Of a DNA stretch of 64,000 nt, positions 51,501 to 62,200 are shown in pieces. The DNA is from Nemertoderma westbladi. Taxonomy: Eukaryota; Animalia; Xenacoelomorpha. Under the pieces are notes generated by a model. It searched no databases, had not been told where the DNA came from, and worked only from the letters and a program-made list of their open reading frames with translations. Within the stretch, counting starts at the first letter, position 1, and each line of letters begins with the position of its first letter. The position numbers and the translations under genes are program-made. Where the stretch lies: NCBI GenBank assembly GCA_032718475.1, contig JAUCBJ010004458.1:1-64000 (forward strand), read 5' to 3'.

Positions 51501-53170
51501 ATTAATAATTTATAAGAACGGCTATTCCACCAGCAACTACTAGTTAATGATGTTGTTATTGCAGTAGTTCTATGAATATTCAGCATTTAGTATACACCTA
51601 CCCCTATTTCAACGGAGTGTCAATGTCAGTCATTTTTGGTTTTTATTTATCGGTGTAATATTTTGATTTAGTGACATTCCTAAGCATTTCTCCGCTTTCT
51701 TCCACTAAAACTTGATAGTAAGTTTAAGTTAGAAAGTTTATGTAGACGTCTTCAGTTCCTACTTCGGCAACTATGGGGCATAATGTCTTAAAGTGAAAAC
51801 CTTTCCCCACCGACAACAAGCAAACATAGACTAAACTACAAAAACACCCGTTTGCTAAAGCTTCTCTCACTATGTGGCTCGCACCAAAAAGCGTCTCAAC
51901 ATCAACAATTAGCAAACGCCATTAAAGAATCGAATCGAATCGAATCGATATGGAGGAGATATTTATTGCAGAACTAGTTGATTAGCAACACGCGTCGACT
52001 AATGGAAGGCATCGCGCCCACTAATACTCGAATAGTGACAATCTATTCAACTAAACACAATAAGACAGTTCCGCTTACATAAATTATTCACGCGGAATCC
52101 CATCGAATAAACGTTTACCTAACGCCATCTCATCTTCGGAGAAACTAAGCTACAGAAAGAGTTAATTTGTTTGATCAACACAATGGAATAAGTAATGACG
52201 TCATGATGCAATCATCATAAAAATCAGTCGAAGTAGGTTGTCATAAAATATCATCAAATTACATTGTTTTTTTTATTTGAGACAACTTGACTAAGGGGGT
52301 AGTGAGTGAGTGAGGGAGCAGTGAAACTTTTCAAGGTGATTTCTATACTAACGGGATATTCAGTTGCCTTGGAGATTTTGATCAACATTTGGGAATATAA
52401 TATTAATTACATTGCATCCAGAATACCTGATAAGACACTCACTATCATCTACCACCGTATTAATGTGCAATTGAGTGTATGAGTGGCCTATATTAGTTTC
52501 CAACAAAACCCGGGGTAAGTGATGTTCGCATTTAACTAAACCCAAAGCGTTGAGACTAATTAGCACACAGCCTTATATAAATAATAAGTAATATAAATAT
52601 TAATAATGATTGATTATCGCTTTGCTTGCCAACCAAGAAAATTCCATTATTCGTTTATGTGAGGCTTCTATCACTCAACAGTTAGTTGTGTGCTTAAGGA
52701 TGCCATTTTACTTGCCGACCATCTGCTTTATTGACCGATGGAAACTGAAATTACAGGCCCACATGCACATTACATGCACGACCAGTGCAGAGAGGCCACA
52801 AAGAGAGTTTCAGTCTCAGTGTAGTTTCATAAAACACAAACACAATACCAAATCAATAGCACTGGGCGAGAGGGCTGTAATTTAAATAAATTACATTTTC
52901 TCCATATGCGCTACGCACTTGATCGGGCCATCATGGATGCTAAAACACAGAATGGGTAATAATTCGCCAATGTTAAGAATACTGACGGGTGGAGGCACTT
53001 CAATGAACGGTTGAATAAAAATGATTTTGAAATTATAGTAATTATAATTACTAACCTTAATGAAGTTGGTTGCCTTGGTCAGGAGACTGAGGGTGGTGTG
53101 TCGGGTGCCGCCAGGGCCAGTGGGTACCAGAGCTTTAAGATCCCCCAAGCAACTGCGGAGATGAGCTCGT
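39418..53170 (-). CDS. MXD: Max dimerization protein (Mad/Mxi1 family bHLH-ZIP), 3' part; exons 53170-53056, 43625-43454 and probable last exon 39515-39418; upstream exons not found in the window
   Basis: [38 protein letters not shown]|ALEDTDR...[15 protein letters not shown] matches the Mad/Mxi1 bHLH-ZIP; GT-AG phases are consistent. Confidence 0.85.
39748..39802 (-). repeat. Three copies of a 19-bp unit beginning with GTAAGT at a CAG|GTAAGT donor
   Basis: Minus strand reads CCCACAG|GTAAGTTAGGCCAGTGAAA GTAAGTTAGGCCAGTGAAA GTAAGTTAGGCCAGTGA. Confidence 0.9.
40877..40950. repeat. 14-bp tandem repeat GAACAATGCTGTCC, about 5 copies
   Basis: Direct periodicity. Confidence 0.9.
41283..41998. mobile_element. 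MITE with tandem-subrepeat TIRs (AAAAATATCGAGAGT)n, GG...CC ends and 8-9 bp TSD (C)TTACATAT
   Basis: Left arm 41283-41440 is inverted relative to 41720-41998; the TSD flanks both ends. Confidence 0.88.
43454..43625 (-). CDS. MXD: MXD/Mxi1 leucine-zipper exon
   Basis: cctttgcag|GCA CTT GAG GAT...AGC TCA G|gttaat. Confidence 0.85.
44221..45874 (+). mobile_element. Young 5'-truncated LINE with poly(A) tail, antisense in an MXD intron
   Basis: 15-bp TSD ATATATAGTAAGTAT at 44206 and 45875; A-tail 45856-45875; uninterrupted RT frame. Confidence 0.95.
44222..45694 (+). CDS. LINE ORF2 fragment: reverse transcriptase plus C-terminal Cys/His knuckle
   Basis: [45 protein letters not shown]...H...C; no endonuclease domain because of truncation. 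Confidence 0.92.
   Translation: MFNLILNIGRLPTTWKQSIIKILYKGRGTITNPDNYRGIALLCVLLKVMTSIINKRIRSAISHQIPNEQFGFVAGKSTTQAINNLLNDISSVINSNTSNRIVYAAFIDFRKAFDMVSRAKLLFKLYKMGIKGRIYNIIKDLLDNYLTIFDGLRFSNLIHQLRGILQGDCLSPVTFIIFIADLALALRSASACLMFLLFADDLVFYSTNRDDVQVGLDALHRWSIENGMSMSMDVNLTKTKIMKFRKAGRLSALDRFQYNGKLVEIPKQYEYLGVILQPSLCFSNHIKEKKETSYKIIGSIHNLQRLSIKTGIMVFNMKIAPSVTYALAAFGKFLRVTHLKELDKIKATHMKRLLGLHSSASSTLALKMVGDGEQTFVESILRKTPTVFDPIVIAQYREHRAEREENFRSEGYLEGPAFTGSTWKLPGQRNRHLVTRTTSHGFHHVICLNTQRFHPLAVGCRCKYCSGPCDHRYHALNCTHCPTLAELAAM
47465..48225. mobile_element. MITE with TIR ATGGGTGTAAACGTTAAGCAGACAC and an internal 12-13 bp GTGTCTGCACCA array
   Basis: Terminal inverted match at 47465-47490 and 48200-48225; explains the low-complexity ORFs at 47605-48349. 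Confidence 0.88.
49221..51169. mobile_element. 1.95-kb foldback element, about 300-bp near-perfect outer TIRs, CATG ends, probable 7-bp TSD (P/Galileo-like)
   Basis: CATGGAATACTAAATATACACGG... / ...CCGTGTATATTTAGTATTCCATG; flanks CCTAAAC and CCCAAAC; inner arms also inverted, with many TTCTAGAA. Confidence 0.88.
53056..53170 (-). CDS. MXD: MXD/Mxi1 helix-loop-helix exon
   Basis: ttttattacag|A CGA GCT CAT CTC...TTC ATT AAG|gttagt. Confidence 0.9.
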
Positions 53171-54200
53171 CTGTAATAAAACAAACACCGGCTGCTATTA
53201 ACGGCTTAACTTACCTAATCAATACTCGAGAAAGAAATCAATATAAATGTTGGGCAGGAGGGCCTTCCGATGGGAAAAGGCAAATCGCAAATGAGGCAAA
53301 AACAATATTCTGATGTGAACGGAACGCGGACAGCAAGGCAAAACGCGAAATACAAGAGCAATATGTGACAAGCTTTATTATCATGACAAGGCGAGTTCAT
53401 GATGGTGGTTAAGTAATAGGATGGTTGACATTCAACTGAATAATAGATGCTATTGGCATGGCATGGCTAACCAGATCTACAAATGCACCAGAGACTACTT
53501 TTATTGTGTCCTGTGGTGGATGAGGGAAATTGACCCGGAATACACACAGCATGCGGACATATGATATTAGGAAGATGTATGTAGCGAGTATGCTGTGCTA
53601 AAGCTAAATAACTAATACAGCTGTATGAATTCTATGCGTATATATGAGCGTATTTTATATGCCAATATTAAGTGTTACCGAAAAATAGTGTTTCTTATTT
53701 AGTTTACTCTCACCAAATCGCAATTCGAAATATATGAAATTCATTACATTATTGGCAATAAAAAAATAGTACAAATACTGATTCCGGTATACGAGAGAGA
53801 GGGGGAGAGAGAGAGAGAGAGAGGAGGAGAGGGATACAGGTATCACCTTATTTGTCAATAAGATGATATCTAACGCTATCCTCTGATCCGAAACATTTTT
53901 ATGTTATTTACATGTTTACTACTCTAACATGTACAATTTGTTAAACCAAAATGATATAGATTATTGTCATTGAAATACCAAGAAATATCATAAATATTAT
54001 AAGTTATTTTGTTAGTTAAGTTAGATAATTACAGTAAATCGATAAATTCGTCTTCTCGGACAACCCAAGTCACAGACCGACGGCCTGAATCACACCAAAA
54101 CAATAAGTAATTCGTAACTCTGGGTTACAGGAACTACTAACTATTATTCTACGATAGATCTAATTAATATCTTACTAAAAAATTAGGAATTTAATTGTAA

Positions 54201-54433
54201 GCAAGCAATCAGTCGACCGAAGCCGGAGGCGACCCGAATTCTCCTCTTTCAATAGCGGCTACCCGAGGGTAGGGGTGGGCGCTATTCCTACCCCAAGATT
54301 TGCTCCCAGTTATTTAACTGGTACTCAGACTGGTAGGGTAGCTCAGTTGGTTGAGCGCTGGGCCTGCCATCTATTGGTTGTAGGTCCAGCTCCGCCAGGG
54401 TCCACTCGGCCTTTCATCCACTGGGGTCGATAA
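54201..54433 (-). mobile_element. tRNA-derived SINE with an inverted 5' half
   Basis: 13-bp TSD AATTTAATTGTAA at 54188 and 54434; tRNA head GTAGCTCAGTTGGTTGAGCG on plus; 3' half and (TTGC)n-like tail on minus. Confidence 0.8.
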
Positions 54434-55388
54434 AATTTAATTGTAAATGATTTAAAACATGGCACACTTGACCAATCATGACCCATGCAAACGTTACACC
54501 CAAAACTGGGTAACAACTGGGTGCGGCCTATCTGATATTTATATTAGTTAAATGTTGATTTCACTCGGTTACCTAATATTATTGTGTCGAAATCAAACAA
54601 AGGATGAATACATATTTGTGACGGGCTATTGTGACATATTAATCAATGTGATATTATTGCATATTTTGATTACAAAAAACAATTTCCGTTTATTGGAAAT
54701 AAGATAAAGGTCGGCATGCATTGCATATTGTCTCGGTAGTTTATGATCAATCCTCCATTTTCCTGCTTATTATTTCGACCAGCTGTTGGAGAAGATTCGT
54801 TGCCATGGGGATATCCTAGGGATTGGTTGGGATACCAGTTGTTATTTTAGCATGTGCGTGTTAGGCAGCATGCTTCTTGTTATTCCCACGTGCAGCTAGC
54901 TACTAGCATTGTTCCTTGAACATAACGACATGCTTGATCTTTACTAAACAAATTTGAAAAAAACAAGCTGTGCTAACTATCTATACTAGAATTACACGGG
55001 GAAGTACTATATTTAATGGTTTCCGTTTTAATAACAACCACTGATCCGAAACACAAGAAGCCAGACCGAGGAATTATACTATACTACCTACTGTATAAAG
55101 TTACATTGTCACTACTCTGCAGCCTGATCCACGGCCAATAACCAACTAATTTACATCCACAGTTTAGCTGACAAGTCACGTCCAATGAGTGAACGCAGTG
55201 TAGGATGAACGCAAACATCATCAGCTCATCCTTGACATATAAGTTCTTCTGTTAAATTTTTGCTGTTTTTGACTATTAGGTGGATCGCAAGTGGATCACC
55301 GAGAATTCTTAACATTCGCCTGAAACCAGCCAGGACTTGACATAAGTTGCGAACGGCAAACATTCCAACTGGCCTATGTAAACTCGAC

Positions 55389-56909
55389 GGTGTCGTCGCG
55401 TTTCGGCAAAAAAGTTGCGTTTCGGTAAAAAAAAGTCGTGTTTCGCAAAAAGGTGCGTTTCGGCCAAAAAGTTGCGTTTCGGCAAAAAGCCGCGTTTCGG
55501 CAAAAAAGTTGCGTTTCGGCAACAGTTGCGTTTCGGCAAAAGGTTGCGTTTCGGCAAAATTATTTCTTGATTGCAGGATAATACACTGTGGAGTAGAGAA
55601 CCGCGCAGGAAAGTAAAAGAGGCCGGTGGCGTCAACATGAAATTTAGTTTGTACTGATATATTACCTTAATTGCAAATAACAATAACACGAGTGGGGCCT
55701 TTGTGCAGCAAAAGCTGCAAGTCATCTTAGCGAACAGTTAGTTATAAATTTATTATGGCTAGTTATATCTTTGGTTTCCGACACACTGACATACACACAT
55801 ACTTTTAGAAACGGCCATAATATAATTATAACAGTTCGCTGATGGCTCGCAGTTCTGACATCTGTGATGTTCTCATTGTAGTTTTAGGAACGAATTACCG
55901 GAAAGAATAGGGTGACAGCTTTGAACTATTTAAATCGATACTTAAGAGTTGAAAAGAAGTTTCAGCACCACAGGCTGTTTTCATGTAAATTTGGCGCTAT
56001 AGTAATACTACTATAATAATAATAATACATAAACTAAATTAGTAGTTAGAGTGTATAATTAATCATTGTGGCCGTGATGGTTCATGGTTAATATACACTA
56101 CCCTTTCATTGTAACGAGTTAAAAGTAAAATACGTAAAGTAAAAGACGGCCAAGTACTGTAGGGTTGAGCAAAGTGGCAGCAGATGATGGTATTGGCAGA
56201 TGGGAAGCCATGAGGAGGTAAATTGCGTACATACAAGGTATCAGATAGTATTTCCAAGTCTATCTTTTACCCGAGCCGCTAGCTGAATGGTTAGAACGTC
56301 AGACTTCCTACCCGGAAGTCACCAGTGTGATTCCACCTGGACATCATTGCCAACTTTGCAAAGCTGTGTCCAACAAAAAGTTATAATAATTATGAACAAT
56401 GGCTAATCCATATAATTATATTTATTTGTGGGGAATTATTTGCAATTATGCACTTAAAACTTTCTAGAACAACCTAATAATGGCGCGGTGACACACTGGA
56501 TATACTGGACATACATTGTAAAATGTATGGCGTAGGGACATACTGAGAAATAATGTCGCACTGCGATGTAAAGTTAAAAATATGTCGCCCTGGCGATTTG
56601 GTAGTGCGAAATTAATTCCACACAAATAAATAAAATAATATTAGTACTGTGTACTTATTAATACCTTGCATAATTGTCATGAAGACCACTCCAAATTTAA
56701 TTGATTTCTAATTTCAACTTGGATCTAACACATCTAGGAATTTATTTATATTTTTTTGTAATTTTTAATTTTTATTTATTATTTTAATTTACTTTTTGCC
56801 GAATCGCGACATTTTTTTCCAAAACGCATCTTTTTTGCCGAAACGCAACTTTTTTTGCCGAATCGCGAGTGTTGCCGAATCGCGACTGTTGCCGAAACGC
56901 GATGAAACC
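55389..56909. mobile_element. Non-autonomous TIR element with (GCGTTTCGGCAAAAAAGTT)n arms, GG...CC ends and 8-bp TSD AACTC(G/C)AC
   Basis: Arms 55389-55560 and 56790-56909 are inverted; TSD matches 7 of 8. Confidence 0.82.
56272..56345 (+). mobile_element. Degenerate tRNA-like SINE head
   Basis: TAGCTGAATGGTTAGAACG A-box-like motif; degraded B-box. Confidence 0.4.
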
Positions 56910-59204
56910 AACTCCACAATGTAGCATTCGCCAAACGGCCAAAATTACATATCTGACAAACTTGTAAATAACAGTTGTGCCGGTACCGGTACTGTAACGG
57001 TTGAGAAATTAGGTATCGGCCCAACACAACATTATAAATAAGCCAAATAATGTAGTTAAACTGAGAAGGAAGAGGACAATAATTAAGTTTGAACAGTGAA
57101 TTACCCCTGTCGGAAGTAACACAGGGGCGAGGTCGAGAAGGAAATGCGGTAATTACTTAGTTTTGTATTTCCTTTTGTAATTACTTACTTACAGTTGCTT
57201 TAAAGAAGAAACAATAAATGGTGTAAAACAAGTATATTTTAACAAAAAATAATGATCAAATCAGCCAAGAGTAATATGTTTGACTTCATTACATATTAAT
57301 TAACGGCGGACGGTGACCTAGAATGACCTTTACGTACAAGCACAATTAATTATGAACCAGAAGCAAAATCGGACAGATGGACACATAGCAGGAAATCTAA
57401 TAGCAGTCACGACAGTGTTAATTAAGACTGAAATTATCAGCGGATGGCGTGAAAGGGTTAATCGCTCATTCTCGAGATCTTAAACCGTTGAATGTTAGAA
57501 GCCTTATAAGTTATCGATCTATCTCAGACCGATTGGCACCACTGGAGAAATATCCCAATCTCCTGAAGGATGACAGTGGGTTGATTTTATTTGCATGGAC
57601 GTGACTTGGAGATCTATTACATTGCATTACAGGGAGGAGGGTAGAATTACTGAATGCAGAGAGGAATCACATAATGTTGGATAGTCAATCATAACCTGGG
57701 CGTTACGACAACACAATAAGGTATCATTGGGGGCAGCCAAATCTAATATAAATATATATTATATCCACTCAATACTAAGTAACAAAACAGCATACCGCAA
57801 TGTAATAACCGTAACAATTAGCGGAGGTTTGAAATAGGTTGGAATTCTTTCTCGCGAAGTAATAACACAGGTTGTCTTTGTGAGGCCGTGGGAGGTCGCC
57901 TGCACAATTTTAATTAAATGGCGAGGCCAAGGCAAGGACAGCCACCTTTCCACTAATTGGTAACTGTTACCCCAACAACCGACTGCTATAACAATGATTG
58001 ACTTCCTCAATAACCAACGATGGCTCGGTGTGACTGACCGCCCATCGAAACATAAGAATACGAAAGCTTTTCATTAACACAAATAGGTCATTACGTGATT
58101 ACCCAACATGCACCTGCGGACTAATAAGCTTACCGCATTCCACTGGTAAGACATAAATTGTCAGAGTCATCGTCATTGTGGCATGGCTTAGTAGCCCCCG
58201 TGTTCATCGTCGTCTAGTAAGAAGTAAAAGATCAATTTGTCAAAAAATGTAAGATGGGCGTCAGGTTCAATGGAATACTTGTTAAGTTTGAAGTCAAAAT
58301 ATGAAACCTCTTTTGACTCATGAGTTGACAGAGTTGTGACTTACCAGTGGACCCTGCCAGGTTGAAACCAATGTAGGATATAGGACAATTGTGACCCGGA
58401 CAATTCGGCCCACATTGGATGACGTATATTTCAAGGATATGGCCAAATGATGTGGTACCATGGTAGGGGTAGGATTGTGGAGAAATAAAGGTTTGTTACC
58501 GACAAGAGATGGCTTCCAAAAATTATGCACCTTTTCCAATATTCAAACAAAATATATGACAATAGACTAGACAAATGTTGTTGTAAGAAACAGGTCGTGG
58601 GTTGAAGTGAAGGAGTATTACTGCTAAATATAATTCGATTCAAGGTCGGAAGATTTCAATAAGTATAATTCAATTAGTGTTCTGGATCAGTAAAACTGCT
58701 GCTCCAGCATACTAATATATAGGATGGCCCTGCCCTGCATACAATAGCTGCAGCTTGCATTAAGCGCTTGAAATAATCGCCGGCTGAAAAGGCAGGCTAA
58801 AAAATGCAATTAAGCCTAGTGCAATATCAATGACGGGCTTTGTGTACAAGGACAATATGAAATCGCCGTAGGCCTGCCGGCAGACCGAATACATATATAC
58901 GGGAATGTATAAAGCGGCTGGAATAGCCACAAGACGGGCCAAGTGCTTTTGCCGCGCTGGAATATTAATTGTAGCCGATAATGCTACGCTTCCAGGAGTA
59001 TCAACTGGAATGGATTAGGAATGTTGGACATTACTACATTACCTTCTCTAAGAAATTCGTATCTTAACAGGATGTTATTTAGGTTGACTTAGTTGGGGAG
59101 CTTTGGAGCATTTCCAAAGTACCTGGAGGGGTTATTCCTGATATATATATATATGTAAACCGGGGTCGTAAGATACCCACTATATTACAATACATTACAT
59201 GGTG

Positions 59205-62200
59205 GTTGGTTATGTCTGAAAGGCGGCGACCTACCTGGTTATGGTCATATATATACAGGAATGTGATTGGTTAGGTCTGAAAGGCGGCGACCTACCTGGT
59301 TATGGTCGTATATATTCAGGAATGTGATTGGTTAGGTATGAAAGACGGCGCCCTAACTGGTTGTTATGGTCATATATATATATATATATACGGGAATGTG
59401 ATTGGTTAGGTCTGAAAGACGACGACCTAACTGGTTGTTATGGTCATATATATACAGGAATGTGATTGGTTAGGTCTGAAAGACGGCGACCTACCTGGTT
59501 ATGGTTGAATATATTCAGGAATGTGATTGGTTAGGTATGAAAGACGGCGACCTAACTGGTTGTTATGGTCATATATATACAGGAATGTGATTGGTTAGGT
59601 CTGAAAGACGGCGACCTACCTGGTTATGGTCATATATATACAGGAATGTGATTGGTTAGGTCTGAAAGACGGCGACATACCTGGTTATGGTCATATATAT
59701 ACAGGAATGTGATTGGTTATGTCTGAAAGGCGGCGACCTACCTGGTTATGGTCATATATATACAGGAATGTGATTGGTTAGGTCTGAAAGGCGGCGACCT
59801 ACCTGGTTATGGTCGTATATATTCAGGAATGTGATTGGTTAGGTATAAAAGACGGCGCCCTAACTGGTTGTTATGGTCATATATATATATATATACGGGA
59901 ATGTGTTTGGTTAGGTCTGAAAGACAACGACCTAACTGGTTGTTATGGTCATATATATACAGGAATGTGATTGGTTAGGTCTGAAAGACGGCGACATACC
60001 TGGTTATGGTCATATATATACAGGAATGTGATTGGTTATGTCTGAAAGGCGGCGACCTAACTTGTTGTTATGGTCATATATATACAGGAATGTGATTGGT
60101 TAGGTCTGAAAGACGGCGACATACCTGGTTATGGTCATATATATACAGGAATGTGATTGGTTAGGTCTGAAAGACGGCGACATACCTGGTTATGGTCGTA
60201 TATATTCAGGAATGTGATGTTAGGTCTGAAAGGCGGCGAACTACCTGGTTATGATCATATATATACAGGAATGTGATTGGTTAGGTCTGAAAGACGGCGA
60301 CCTACCTGGTTATGGTCATATATATACAGGAATGTGATTGGTTAGGTCTGAAAGACGGCGACCTACCTGGTTATGGTCATATATATACAGGAATGTGATT
60401 GGTTAGGTCTGAAAGACGGCAACATACCTGGTTGTGGTCGTATATATTCAGGAATGTGATTGGTTATGTCTGAAAGACGGCGACATACCTGGTTATAGTC
60501 ATATATATACAGGAATGTGATTGGTTAGGTCTGAAAGACGGCGACATACCTGGTTATGGTCATATATATACAGGAATGTGATTGGTTAGGTCTGAAAGAC
60601 GGCGACATACCTGGTTATGGTCATATATATACAGGAATGTGATTGGTTAGGTCTGAAAGACGGCGACGTACCTGGTTATGGTCATATATATACAGGAATG
60701 TGATTAGTTAGGTCTGAAAGACGGCGACATACCTGGTTGGTTATGGTCATATATATACAGGAATGTGATTGGTTAGGTCTGAAAGACGGCGACATACCTG
60801 GTTATTGTCATATATATACAGGAATGTGATTGGTTAGGTCTGAAAGACGGCGACATACCTGGTTATGGTCATATATATACAGGAATGTGATTGGTTAGGT
60901 CTGAAAGACGGCGACATACCTGGTTATGGTCGTATATATTCAGGAATGTGATTGGTTATGTCTGAAAGACGGCGACCTACCTGGTTATGGTCATATATAT
61001 ACAGGAATGTGATTGGTTAGGTCTGAAAGACGGCGACATACCTGGTTATGGTCATATATATACAGGAATGTGATTGGTTAGGTCTGAAAGACGGCGACAT
61101 ACCTGGTTATGGTCATATATATACAGGAATGTGATTGGTTAGGTCTGAAAGACGGCGACATACCTGGATATGGTCATATATATACAGGAATGTGATTGGT
61201 TAGGTCTGAAAGACGGCGACATACCTGGTTATGGTCGTATATATTCAGGAATGTGATTGGTTAGGTCTGAAAGACGGCGACATACCTGGTTATGGTCATA
61301 TATATACAGGAATGTGATTGGTTATGTCTGAAAGACGGCGACCTACCTGGTTATGGTCATATATATACAGGAATGTGATTGGTTAGGTCTGAAAGACGGC
61401 GACATACCTGGTTATGGTCATATATATACAGGAATGTGATTGGTTAGGTCTGAAAGACGGCGACATACCTGGTTATGGTCATATATATACAGGAATGTGA
61501 TTGGTTAGGTCTGAAAGACGGCGACATACCTGGTTATGGTCATATATATACAGGAATGTGATTGGTTAGGTCTGAAAGACGGCGACATACCTGGTTATGG
61601 TCGTATATATTCAGGAATGTGATTGGTTATGTCTGAAAGACGGCGACCTACCTGGTTATGGTCATATATATACAGGAATGTGATTGGTTAGGTCTGAAAG
61701 ACGGCGACATACCTGGTTATGGTCATATATATACAGGAATGTGATTGGTTAGGTCTGAAAGACGGCGACATACCTGGTTATGATCATATATATACAGGAA
61801 TGTGATTGGTTAGGTCTGAAAGACGGCGACATACCTGGTTATGGTCATATATATACAGGAATGTGATTGGTTAGGTCTGAAAGACGGCGACATACCTGGT
61901 TATGGTCATATATATACAGGAATGTGATTGGTTAGGTCTGAAAGACGGCGACCTACCTGGTTGTGGTCGTATATATACAGGAATGTGATTGGTTAAGTCT
62001 GAAAGACGATGACCTAACTGGTTGTTATGGTCATATATATACAGGAATGTGATTGGTTAGGTCTGAAAGACGGCGACATACCTGGTTATGGTCATATACA
62101 GTATATACAGGAATGTGATTATTGGTTAGGTCTGAAAGACGGCGACATACCTGGTTATGGTCATATATATACAGGAATGTGATTGGTTAGGTCTGAAAGA

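Noticed and set aside
54333-54410. tRNA genes here and at 9352, 35920 and 56272
   Set aside because: Acceptor and T stems are not intact; better explained as SINE heads
59030-59070. Candidate MXD upstream exon (EFLRE|gt) and the expected HNELEKNR micro-exon
   Set aside because: No match to the SID or basic-region motifs was found in 53.2-59.2 kb; these exons probably lie beyond the window
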